A stretch of 64,000 nt of DNA, from positions 640,001 through 704,000 of the forward strand of contig OY775910.1 in the NCBI GenBank assembly GCA_963675245.1, read 5' to 3'. The stretch's first letter is position 1. Each line of letters opens with the position of its first letter. Shown piece after piece: positions 51,953-61,047 of the stretch. The DNA comes from Acholeplasmataceae bacterium. GTDB taxonomy: Bacteria; Bacillota_I; Bacilli_A; Acholeplasmatales; Acholeplasmataceae. The position numbers and the translations under genes are program-made. The notes under the pieces were generated by a model, which saw nothing but the letters and a program-made list of their open reading frames with translations, was not told where the DNA came from and searched no databases.

Positions 51953-52576
51953 ATGTTAAAACGTGTAGAATTTGAAGCGAAGACGCTTCAAGAAGCAGAA
52001 AAAACGGCAGTTGATGCGTTGCGCATACAACTAGATAAAATAAAATTATCTGTCATCAAAGAAAAGAAAGGTATTTTAGGTATTGGATCTTCAGCAATTT
52101 ATGAAGCAACACCTAATGTCAATCTTGCTATTGAAGGAAAAGTTTATCTAGAAGCAATTTTACTAACAATGGGCATCGAATCAAGAATGGAAGTTAGAAC
52201 TGTTAGTGAAGGTGCAGAAATTCACTTCTTAATAGAAAGTGATGAAAATGCATTACTTATTGGTAGGGAAGGAAGAACGTTAATCAGTCTTCAATACTTA
52301 TTAAGAAACTACTTAGCGACATTTACTGATGGACATCAAATAGTGTCTTTAGATATTGGAAATTATCATGAAAATAGAAAAAGACAACTTGAAATTTTAG
52401 CAACCAAAACTGCAAAAGAAGTAGCTAAGACAAGAATTCCAGTCAGATTAGATCCTATGAATGCCTATGATCGTAGAATCGTACACACCAAACTAAGTGA
52501 TTGGCGTGATGTTTATACAGAATCAGAAGGTGAAGGCGATCAAAGACGTCTTATCATTAAACCAAGAGATAATTAA
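51953..52576 (+). CDS. jag: Jag/EloR/KhpB RNA-binding protein (Jag_N-KH-R3H)
   Basis: KKGILGIG, LIGREGRTL.SLQ, PMNAYDRRIVH, SEGEG. Confidence 0.93.
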   Translation: MLKRVEFEAKTLQEAEKTAVDALRIQLDKIKLSVIKEKKGILGIGSSAIYEATPNVNLAIEGKVYLEAILLTMGIESRMEVRTVSEGAEIHFLIESDENALLIGREGRTLISLQYLLRNYLATFTDGHQIVSLDIGNYHENRKRQLEILATKTAKEVAKTRIPVRLDPMNAYDRRIVHTKLSDWRDVYTESEGEGDQRRLIIKPRDN

Positions 52577-52580
52577 AAAT

Positions 52581-52614
52581 AAGACCATCATGCTAAAACG
52601 CATGGTGGTTTTTT
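52581..52614 (+). terminator. Terminator after jag
   Basis: ACCATCATGC/GCATGGTGGT stem followed by a T-run. Confidence 0.7.
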
Positions 52615-52694
52615 ATGACATTTGATGTGAGGGTTTAACATCTCAATTAAGCGTTAATATGCTATAATTAATATATATTGATTAAGGTGTTTAT

Positions 52695-53642
52695 ATGGCA
52701 AAAACAAAAATAAAAAAACATAAAAACCGCAAATTTTGGCGTCGTACCAAACGCTTATTATTACTTTTTGTTTTCTTTTGCCTTGGCGGCATTACATATA
52801 GTTTAGGGGTTGCGGCGTTTGAAAACACACAAGTTTCTATCATGATTAATCAATTTAAAGACCGTGCAACATTTGAGAACGAAACAACCGTGATGTATGG
52901 CAATAACGAACAAACCAGAAGATATTATAGTGTTGAACGCCGTGAAGACTATGAATTAAACGATACTAGAAGTGTATTTGAAACAGAGGATAGAAAACAT
53001 TTTGGAAAAGATGGAGATATTCTTTTGACACAGGATTCACCTTTTCCATTTGTTCCTGTATTTCATCAATTTATGACATTTTATTTTGGTGGTCATGCAG
53101 CTTTAAAATCTGAAGAATTAGGATATATTCAAGCGACTGGTTTTCCAACCTCAAATCAATCACTTCTTGACATCATTTTCACACGTGGAGATGAGCCTCA
53201 TGACTATGGCAATGTCACAGCTCATATTACACCATTTGATGCTTGGACAAATCCTGTATATCGAGGTGAATCAGACCCCTCATATCCATACTATGGAAAC
53301 TACTATCGAAATAGATTTTTAGGTGTAAGAGTGAAGGATGTTGACGACGAAATTTTAAGTAATACTATTGCTTATGCTGAAGACAAAACTGGACAAGCGA
53401 TATATAACTTTTTATTCTTTTTAGATATGCAATATAAGTATTATTGTACTGATTTTATTTCAAGATCTTATCAGGCAGCAATGCTTCCTGAAGAGGACCA
53501 AGGCAACTATGCCAGAGTCCTTAATGATGATTGGTTTATTACATCAGTCAACGACTTAATATTATCGAATGATACATACTTAATATTCTATGTTGAAGTT
53601 GTAGATGATATTTTTAACATCTACTACTTAGAAGACCTATAA
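52695..53642 (+). CDS. Membrane-anchored permuted NlpC/P60 (YiiX/YebB-like) protein
   Basis: Basic N-terminus + TM; GDILLT, GGHAAL (His), then Y and YYCTDFISRSY (Cys): His-before-Cys order. Confidence 0.65.
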   Translation: MAKTKIKKHKNRKFWRRTKRLLLLFVFFCLGGITYSLGVAAFENTQVSIMINQFKDRATFENETTVMYGNNEQTRRYYSVERREDYELNDTRSVFETEDRKHFGKDGDILLTQDSPFPFVPVFHQFMTFYFGGHAALKSEELGYIQATGFPTSNQSLLDIIFTRGDEPHDYGNVTAHITPFDAWTNPVYRGESDPSYPYYGNYYRNRFLGVRVKDVDDEILSNTIAYAEDKTGQAIYNFLFFLDMQYKYYCTDFISRSYQAAMLPEEDQGNYARVLNDDWFITSVNDLILSNDTYLIFYVEVVDDIFNIYYLEDL

Positions 53643-53653
53643 GGGGGTATAAC

Positions 53654-54790
53654 ATGATAGACTATTTAATAATTGGATTGTTAGTTGTTTTAATTGGATT
53701 GGTGATTTACACCATTGTTTTACAAAACCGAAAAAAAGAAGCTGGCGAAGCACCTGACATGGGTGATTTTAAAGGTTATATGCAGAAAGAATTCGGAGAG
53801 TTTAAAACAGATTTAGCAGATAAATTTGGAGGCTATAGTAAAGAGAATCAAAAGGATTTAAATGACTTCAAAGATCGTATGATGGCACACATTGAAAAAC
53901 AGATGACAGGTATTAATGAAAAGGTAGAAGAACGCTTAAGTAAGGGATTTAAAGACACAAACGAAACCTTTCATGATGTCATTGAAAGACTATCGAAAAT
54001 CGATGAAGCACAAAAGAAAATTGAAGCTTTATCAGCGGACGTTCTTGATCTTTCAAGCATTTTAAGTGATAAAAAATCAAGAGGAACTTATGGCGAAGTT
54101 CAACTCTATTCAATACTAGAAGCAGTGATGGGAAATAACCCCGAACTTTACGAAACTCAGAAACAAATTGGTGATAATAAAGTAATGGTGGATGCACTCA
54201 TTCATGCACCAGAACCACTCGGTGATATTAGTGTGGATTCGAAATTTCCACTTGAAAATTATCAACGCATGATTGATAAAAAATTAAGCACGCAAGAACG
54301 TGCAAATGCTGAAAAAGATTTCAAGAAAGATGTTAGAAAACATATTGATGATATTGCCTCAAAATATATCATTGATGGTATCACATCTGATCAAGCATTT
54401 ATGTTCATTCCGGCGGAAGCAATCTTCGCAGAAATCACGGCATATCATGAAGACTTAATTATGCATTCTCAGAAACAACGAGTATGGCTTGTATCACCGA
54501 CGACGCTCATTTCAACACTCACAACAATACTCACAATTACTAAGAATATTGAAAGAGATAAACAGACATCATTGATTCGTGAACACCTACGTGCATTAGG
54601 TATTGAATTTGATCGCTATATGAGTCGTTGGGACAAACTTGATAGGACTATTTCTACGGTCGTTTTAGACGCTAAAAATATCAGTGTTTCAAGCAAGAAA
54701 ATTTCGAAACAATTTAAGCATATTTCAGATGCGAAATTTGATGAGTTAGACCTATCTGACGAAGATGAAATTGAAGAAGGTAATAATTGA
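53654..54790 (+). CDS. rmuC: DNA recombination protein RmuC
   Basis: N-terminal TM, coiled coil, RGTYGE, VDSKFPLENY, KHIDDI..KYI, MFIPAE, SPTTL. Confidence 0.93.
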   Translation: MIDYLIIGLLVVLIGLVIYTIVLQNRKKEAGEAPDMGDFKGYMQKEFGEFKTDLADKFGGYSKENQKDLNDFKDRMMAHIEKQMTGINEKVEERLSKGFKDTNETFHDVIERLSKIDEAQKKIEALSADVLDLSSILSDKKSRGTYGEVQLYSILEAVMGNNPELYETQKQIGDNKVMVDALIHAPEPLGDISVDSKFPLENYQRMIDKKLSTQERANAEKDFKKDVRKHIDDIASKYIIDGITSDQAFMFIPAEAIFAEITAYHEDLIMHSQKQRVWLVSPTTLISTLTTILTITKNIERDKQTSLIREHLRALGIEFDRYMSRWDKLDRTISTVVLDAKNISVSSKKISKQFKHISDAKFDELDLSDEDEIEEGNN

Positions 54791-54816
54791 CATTTTTGTT
54801 AGTTGTTAGGTATAAT
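54787..54816 (+). promoter_or_regulatory. Sigma-A promoter of the T-box-NYN-asnS unit
   Basis: TTGACA(54787-92)-18 nt-TATAAT(54811-16). Confidence 0.8.
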
Positions 54817-54822
54817 GAATAA

Positions 54823-55058
54823 CGAAATCTATGAGAAGAGAGTAATCCTCAATTAACGTTAAAAAGCGAGTCGATAAAAGGTGAAAGATCGATTAACGGT
54901 TTAGGGTGAAAAACACTTTGAGTGATAGAAGAAATCCATTTGGAGATTAGAACTATACGTACCCCTGCGTTAAAGGGATTGAGTGCTAGATTTATCTAGA
55001 ACTAAGGTGGTACCGCGGATTTATTCGTCCTTAGCTATTTTTTAAGGACGAATTTTTT
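54823..55058 (+). ncRNA. T-box riboswitch, Asn (AAC specifier)
   Basis: AG-box AGCGA, GGTGAAAG loop, specifier GAAA-AAC-A (54912-14), T-box AAGGTGGTACCGCG (55004-17), terminator ATTCGTCCTTA/TAAGGACGAAT (55023-53) + T-run. Confidence 0.93.
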
Positions 55059-55076
55059 ATTAGAAAGGAAAAAAAT

Positions 55077-55793
55077 ATGAAAAAACCAGAAAATATTGCA
55101 GTATTAATCGATTATGATAACTTTAACAACGAACTTTACTTGGAGTGGCTTTATAAAGCGATTAATAAAATGTCACCAAGTGTAAGGTTATTAGTAAATA
55201 ATGCCTTTTACAGTAACTTAGGTGATACAAAATTAAATCGCAAACTACAAAAATTTGAATTAACACCGATTATGCAGATTAACCACTCAGATATGAAAAA
55301 TGCGACGGACATTAAAATGACAATTGAAGCGATGAAATTATTAGATAATGATTGTATTGATACATTCGTAATCGCATCAAACGATTCTGATTTTTCTGCA
55401 GTCGTTGATTATTTAAAATTTAAAGGTCGCCTCATCATCGGTGCAAGCACCAAGGATGTTTCTTCTCAATACAAAAAACGATTTGATGAATTTATAGATT
55501 TAAACGCTATGATTAATCAAAATAACTCAAAAGAAACAATTTTTGATGATAAAGATCCACGCATTAATGAATTGCTCACCCAAATTCAAAAGATTATGGA
55601 TGCATCAGATAAAGAGTATATTCACTTATCAGATGTCGGAAATATTTTAAGAGACATTTACAAAAAGAAATTTAATCCAAAGAATTTTGGATATAAAAAC
55701 GGAAGAACAGCTGAATTCTTCCAGGTACGATTAAAAAAATATATTGAATGTAAGAAAGATGGCTTGGTTGTCTTAATTAAGCTAAAGAAATAA
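55077..55793 (+). CDS. NYN-domain (LabA/DUF88, PIN-like) ribonuclease with a probable C-terminal OST-HTH/LOTUS domain
   Basis: [30 protein letters not shown]-terminal LSDVGN.L......FNPKNFGY. Confidence 0.88.
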   Translation: MKKPENIAVLIDYDNFNNELYLEWLYKAINKMSPSVRLLVNNAFYSNLGDTKLNRKLQKFELTPIMQINHSDMKNATDIKMTIEAMKLLDNDCIDTFVIASNDSDFSAVVDYLKFKGRLIIGASTKDVSSQYKKRFDEFIDLNAMINQNNSKETIFDDKDPRINELLTQIQKIMDASDKEYIHLSDVGNILRDIYKKKFNPKNFGYKNGRTAEFFQVRLKKYIECKKDGLVVLIKLKK

Positions 55794-55803
55794 GGAGATC
55801 TCC

Positions 55804-57192
55804 ATGGAAACAACCGTAAAAGAGATATTTAGATCAACGAAAGACTATATCGATCAAGAAGTAACACTGTATGGGTGGGTTAGAAATAATCGTGCACAAA
55901 AATCATTTGGTTTTATCAATTTACACGACGGGACGTTTTTTTCACCCATTCAAGTCGTTTATGAAGAAACGCTTAACACATTTAGTGATGCACAAAAGTT
56001 GAGTGTAGGTAGTTCAATCGCAGTTACGGGTGTTCTTAAATTAACACCTGAAATGAAACAACCTTTTGAATTAAAAGCATCAAACATCACACTATTAGGA
56101 GATGCCGATGAATCATTTCCTATTCAACCGAAAAGACACACAAGAGAGTTTTTAAGAGAAGTAGCTCATCTAAGAATGAGAACGAATCTGTTTCAAGCTG
56201 TCTTTAGATTAAGAAGTGTTGTTGCATTCGCTATTCATGAATTCTTTCAAAGAGAAGGGTTTGTTTATGTTCACACACCAATTATTACAGGGAATGACGG
56301 TGAAGGTGCAGGACAAATGTTTAGTGTAACGACACTACCGCTTGAAAAAATGCCCAAAAATGAAGATGGAGAAATCGACTTCAAGAAAGACTTCTTTGGT
56401 CGTAAAACAAATTTAACAGTTACTGGACAATTAGAAGCTGAAGCATACGCTTTAGCGTTCAATAAAGTATATACGTTTGGACCAACATTTAGAGCTGAAA
56501 ACTCAAACACGCAAAGACATGCATCAGAATTCTGGATGATTGAACCAGAAATCGCGTTTTGTGATTTAGAAAAAGATATGGAAATCGCAGAAAAAATGGT
56601 GAAATATATCATTGAATATGTGTTCGCTCATATGCCTGAAGAAATGGACTTTTTCGATCAATGGGTTGAAAAAGGCATTAAATCAAAATTGTTAAAAATC
56701 GTGAATCAACCGTTTGCTAGAGTAACACATAAGGAAGCTATTAATATCTTATTAAAGGCGAATCTCAAATTTGAAAATAAACCAATACAAGGGCAAGATA
56801 TGAACACAGAACATGAAAAATATTTAACAGAAGTTCACTTCAAATCACCTGTGTTTGTAACTGACTGGCCAAAAGACATTAAAGCATTCTATATGCGCAT
56901 GAACGAAGATAATGAGACTGTCGCAGCGATGGATCTTCTCGTTCCAGGAAGCGGTGAATTGATTGGTGGATCTCAACGTGAAGAACGTTTAGATCGACTT
57001 GAAAAACGTATGGATGAAATGGGCGTTCCTAAAGCCGATTTAGAGTGGTATTTAGATTTAAGAAGATATGGTGGATGTGTCCATAGTGGATTCGGCATGG
57101 GTTTTGAACGCCTACTCATGTATTTATCAGGCGTTGAAAACATTAGAGATGTTATTCCTTTTCCAAGAACACCAAAGCACGCAGAGTTTTAA
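55804..57192 (+). CDS. asnS: Asparagine--tRNA ligase
   Basis: [50 protein letters not shown]. Confidence 0.97.
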   Translation: METTVKEIFRSTKDYIDQEVTLYGWVRNNRAQKSFGFINLHDGTFFSPIQVVYEETLNTFSDAQKLSVGSSIAVTGVLKLTPEMKQPFELKASNITLLGDADESFPIQPKRHTREFLREVAHLRMRTNLFQAVFRLRSVVAFAIHEFFQREGFVYVHTPIITGNDGEGAGQMFSVTTLPLEKMPKNEDGEIDFKKDFFGRKTNLTVTGQLEAEAYALAFNKVYTFGPTFRAENSNTQRHASEFWMIEPEIAFCDLEKDMEIAEKMVKYIIEYVFAHMPEEMDFFDQWVEKGIKSKLLKIVNQPFARVTHKEAINILLKANLKFENKPIQGQDMNTEHEKYLTEVHFKSPVFVTDWPKDIKAFYMRMNEDNETVAAMDLLVPGSGELIGGSQREERLDRLEKRMDEMGVPKADLEWYLDLRRYGGCVHSGFGMGFERLLMYLSGVENIRDVIPFPRTPKHAEF

Positions 57193-57308
57193 CATTAAAC
57201 TATATAAAAAAAACGTATAAATTTGCAATAAAAACAGTAAAAAAACCTCTATACATACGAGTTATATAAAATACATGTAAAAATTGAAAATTAGTAGAGC
57301 AAAAGCAA

Positions 57309-57341
57309 TTGTAATTTTTACATTAGTATTATATAATACTA
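57309..57341 (+). promoter_or_regulatory. Promoter of the ABC operon with a perfect 18-bp palindrome over the -10
   Basis: TTGTAA(57309-14)-17 nt-TATAAT(57332-37); TAGTATTATATAATACTA (57324-41). Confidence 0.65.
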
Positions 57342-57358
57342 TTGTTGAGGTGAAGCAG

Positions 57359-57445
57359 ATGTATCGAATTATCTACACAACACCAACCACATATACAGTT
57401 TCAGAAAGTACTTATTTTTCATTTACAAAAATCTATAAGCACTAA
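57359..57445 (+). CDS. Putative 28-aa leader peptide (not in ORF track)
   Basis: GAGGTGA SD 5 nt before ATG; MYRIIYTTPTTYTVSESTYFSFTKIYKH*; stop lies inside the terminator 5' arm. Confidence 0.55.
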   Translation: MYRIIYTTPTTYTVSESTYFSFTKIYKH

Positions 57446-57474
57446 GGGTGTATGCCTAAAGTGCTTTTATTTTT
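57437..57474 (+). terminator. Attenuator-type terminator upstream of the ABC ATPase
   Basis: AAGCACT(57437-43)/AGTGCTT(57460-66) plus inner AGG/CCT, followed by TTATTTTT. Confidence 0.6.
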
Positions 57475-57499
57475 ATAGAAATTTAAAGGAGCATAGTAC

Positions 57500-58549
57500 A
57501 TGGAGATACGCATTGAGAATTTAACAAAAATATTTACCGACAAAGCAGGTAACGAAACACATGCAGTTGAAGATTTGACAGTAACCATACCTTCAGGAAA
57601 ACTAATTGGTCTATTAGGACCTAGTGGTTGCGGAAAAACGACAACTCTTTTTATGATTGCTGGCTTACATAAACCAACATCAGGAAAAATATTTTTTGGG
57701 GAAGAGGAAGTGACCAAACTTTCTTCAGACAAAAGAGGAATTGGTCTTGTTTTTCAAAATTATGCGCTTTATCCTCATATGACCGTTAAACAAAACATTA
57801 TGTTTCCATTAGAAAATTTGCGCGTGAGTAGAGAAGAAGCACTAGCTCGTGTTGAAGAAATGGCAGCATTAGTAAGAATTGAAGATCAATTAAATAAAAA
57901 ACCAGCACAGTTATCTGGTGGACAACAACAACGTGTCGCGATTGCTCGTGCATTAGTTAAGAAGCCAAGAGTGTTATTGTTAGATGAACCACTTTCAAAC
58001 TTAGATGCAAGATTGCGTCTTCAAACACGTGAAGAAATTAAAAGAATTCAACGTGAAACAGGTATTACAACGATCTTTGTCACACATGACCAAGAAGAAG
58101 CGATGAGTATTAGTGATGAAATCGTAGTTATGAAATCAGGTTTAAAACAGCAAAAAAATGAACCACAACAGGTGTATTTAAAACCAGTTAATAAATTTGT
58201 TGCTGAATTTTTAGGGAATCCACCTATTAATATCGTTGAAGGTGAAGTAAAAGATAATCAACTTTATATTAACGATATTAAACTAGCAAACAAAAATGCA
58301 AAAGATGGTAATTACGATGTTGGTCTTCGTCCAGAAGACTTTGTTATTAGCAAAGAAGGCATTAAAGCTGTTGATCCAGTTGTTGATACAATCGGTAGAG
58401 ATACCATGATTAGATTTAACGTTGGAGATACCGCTATTCGTGCTTTAGTAAATTCTGATACACTATCAGAAGATAAACATATCGTATTAACGGTCAAAGA
58501 ACAAAAAATACTATTATTTGATAAAGAAAGTGGTGAAACAATCAAATGA
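57500..58549 (+). CDS. Carbohydrate-family (MalK/UgpC-like) ABC ATPase
   Basis: GPSGCGKTT, VFQNYALYPHM, LSGGQQQR, DEPLSNLDA, VTHDQEEA, C-terminal TOBE-like region. Confidence 0.92.
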   Translation: MEIRIENLTKIFTDKAGNETHAVEDLTVTIPSGKLIGLLGPSGCGKTTTLFMIAGLHKPTSGKIFFGEEEVTKLSSDKRGIGLVFQNYALYPHMTVKQNIMFPLENLRVSREEALARVEEMAALVRIEDQLNKKPAQLSGGQQQRVAIARALVKKPRVLLLDEPLSNLDARLRLQTREEIKRIQRETGITTIFVTHDQEEAMSISDEIVVMKSGLKQQKNEPQQVYLKPVNKFVAEFLGNPPINIVEGEVKDNQLYINDIKLANKNAKDGNYDVGLRPEDFVISKEGIKAVDPVVDTIGRDTMIRFNVGDTAIRALVNSDTLSEDKHIVLTVKEQKILLFDKESGETIK

Positions 58550-59583
58550 TAGAAACGATAAAATCATGGATATGGAATTCACGCTCATTCATTAATAAAA
58601 TAAAACAAGCAATCAGCGACAAGCTTAAATTCCGATTTAAAGTTCCGGTTTGGATTAGAGCACTCATTTATTTATCTCCAGCGCTCATACTACTAGGTGT
58701 TTTCACTTTTTATCCAATCCTAAACGCGTTTAGATTGGTTATTTATGAAGGGTATCAACACGTTAGAGACATAGATGGTAATCTTGTTGAAAGCATTACT
58801 GGATATACAGTTTTTGGTAACTTTTTAACTGTATTACGTACAGATAACTTTATCGTACCGTCTAGCCATACCGGTTCCAGTGTTATTTTAAACACATTGG
58901 CAATTGTCTTTATTTCGGTTCCAATTTCAGTGTTATTATCACTATTTATTTCTGCTACTTTAAACTCAGTTGGAAAAATGAAAGGTTTCTTTCAAACCAT
59001 TTTCTTCTTACCATATATTACAAACACTCTTGCCATAGGGTTAGTCTTTGCCTATATGTTTACGAGTGGTAATGCGGGTCTTATCAACCAATTTTTAGGT
59101 ATATTTGGGATAGAACCTGTATCTTGGATTGAAAGAGGTGCTACTTACTGGCACGCAATGGCTGTACTCATCATATTTGGTGTGTGGGATGGTATGGCAT
59201 TTAAAATTATGGTGTTCTTATCTGGTATGCAAGGAATTGATAAACAATATTATCAAGCAGCTGCCATCGATGCAACACCAAGATGGCGCATTTTCCGTCG
59301 AATTACAGTGCCGCTTATATCACCTATGATTTTCTACATTATTGTTACATCGCTAATTGGAGCATTCAAAACATACACATCAGTGGTTGCCATATTTGGT
59401 GATATCGGTCAACCGCCTAGCGCGAATTACACGTTGAAAACGATTGTATTCTATATTTACGATTACATATACAGTGGTGAAAACTTATCACTAGCCGCAG
59501 CAGCATCCATCATATTGTTCGCGATTATTCTCGTACTTACACTTGTTCAAATGCAAGTAGGTAAGAGACGCGTACATTATTGA
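58546..59583 (+). CDS. Carbohydrate ABC permease (MalF/UgpA-like)
   Basis: FFLPY, EAA-like YYQAAAIDA, ITVPLISP. Confidence 0.9.
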   Translation: MIETIKSWIWNSRSFINKIKQAISDKLKFRFKVPVWIRALIYLSPALILLGVFTFYPILNAFRLVIYEGYQHVRDIDGNLVESITGYTVFGNFLTVLRTDNFIVPSSHTGSSVILNTLAIVFISVPISVLLSLFISATLNSVGKMKGFFQTIFFLPYITNTLAIGLVFAYMFTSGNAGLINQFLGIFGIEPVSWIERGATYWHAMAVLIIFGVWDGMAFKIMVFLSGMQGIDKQYYQAAAIDATPRWRIFRRITVPLISPMIFYIIVTSLIGAFKTYTSVVAIFGDIGQPPSANYTLKTIVFYIYDYIYSGENLSLAAAASIILFAIILVLTLVQMQVGKRRVHY

Positions 59584-59599
59584 TAGAGGGGTATAGAAT

Positions 59600-61024
59600 A
59601 TGAATAAAGAGCAAGTACGTAAGATTAAATTGTTTGAATTTATCATTCAAAGTATAGATGCAGTATTTATTGTCATGTTTATGGGAGTATTTATTTTCTT
59701 GTTTACAAATTTACAAGTGCCTACAACACCACCTGTAACAGATGACATTTTACTATATACATATCATATCTTTGGAAGAGAAATGAGTGCAGCAAGTTTA
59801 AACACAGTGATTAGTTTAAGTGCCATTGTTTTATTGGTTACAGTGCCACTATTTTTTGTCAATTTAAAGAAAACACTCAACCGTGAATTTTATGAATATA
59901 GTCCTTGGACTTCAGGCACCATATTTACACAAAGTATTATTTCTTTGTTATCAGCAAATGTTTTCAGCTTCGGATTAAGATTATACGTTGCTAGAAGGAT
60001 ACTTAAGCAAACAGTAGGATATGGGTATATCACAGTTCTCCAACACTTAGGACAAAGCATCAAAAAAATGTTTACTAAAAAAGAAGCATCAACCGAAGAT
60101 GATGAGCTAAAAAAGAAAATTAGAAAACAAATCTTTAGCAAAATATTTGTAACATTTGGACTTTATTTTTTCCTAGCGATTATGGCACTCTTCATTTTCA
60201 TACCATTTTATTGGATGCTGCTAACAGCGTTAAAAACATATTATGAAAGTAATATAACGTTAACACCTAGATTTTTCATCTCATTATCAGAAATGCAATG
60301 GATTAACTTCAGATATGTATTGGAAGAGATTAATTTTGGTATCTATATAAAGAATACTTTAATCGTTGGTATTTTCTCAACAATAGGCACACTTTTGACA
60401 ACGATTCTTGCTGCATTCGCGTTTTCAAGATTGGAATTTAAAGGAAGAGATACGATATTCTCTATTCTTTTAATGACAATGATGATTCCAGGTGAATTAT
60501 ATATTATTACAAACTTCTTGACAGTTTCACAAGCTGGTGTTGGCTGGATTGGTGGTGCTGCAGGAAATAATCAATATTTCCTAGCAATGATTGTGCCGTT
60601 TATGACAAGCGTATTCTACATATTCTTCTTAAGGCAAACATTTAAACAAATACCGGACACACTGTATCAAGCAGCTAAAGTGGATGGATCAAGTGATTTT
60701 AAATATTTAACAAGAGTAATGTTGCCTATCGCTGCTCCAACCATATTTACCATTACAATTCTAAATGTAATCGGTTCGTGGAATGCATTTATTTGGCCAA
60801 GACTTGTTACAAGTGTTGGTGATGTTCAAGAAGGGCAAATGTTCTGGTTGATCTCGGCAGCATTAAGAGACGCCGACTTCACAACTGGTGGGACAGATGC
60901 ACGCATTATGTTTAATATGCAGATTGCTGCAAGTGCAATGGTAACGATACCACTTATCATTGTTTTCCTACTCCTTAGAAAATATATTATGTCAGGGGTA
61001 GGAAGAAGCGGTATTAAAGGATAA
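59600..61024 (+). CDS. Carbohydrate ABC permease (MalG/UgpE-like) with an N-terminal membrane extension
   Basis: PFYWM, AAFAFSRLEFKGR, LYQAAKVDG, WNAFIWP; about 180 extra N-terminal residues. Confidence 0.88.
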   Translation: MNKEQVRKIKLFEFIIQSIDAVFIVMFMGVFIFLFTNLQVPTTPPVTDDILLYTYHIFGREMSAASLNTVISLSAIVLLVTVPLFFVNLKKTLNREFYEYSPWTSGTIFTQSIISLLSANVFSFGLRLYVARRILKQTVGYGYITVLQHLGQSIKKMFTKKEASTEDDELKKKIRKQIFSKIFVTFGLYFFLAIMALFIFIPFYWMLLTALKTYYESNITLTPRFFISLSEMQWINFRYVLEEINFGIYIKNTLIVGIFSTIGTLLTTILAAFAFSRLEFKGRDTIFSILLMTMMIPGELYIITNFLTVSQAGVGWIGGAAGNNQYFLAMIVPFMTSVFYIFFLRQTFKQIPDTLYQAAKVDGSSDFKYLTRVMLPIAAPTIFTITILNVIGSWNAFIWPRLVTSVGDVQEGQMFWLISAALRDADFTTGGTDARIMFNMQIAASAMVTIPLIIVFLLLRKYIMSGVGRSGIKG

Positions 61025-61047
61025 AAAATGATAAATAGGAGAACAGT

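Noticed and set aside
57442..57732. 96-aa minus-strand ORF and other 60-115 aa ORFs nested in or opposite long genes
   Set aside because: Overlap well-supported genes; no SD or family motifs
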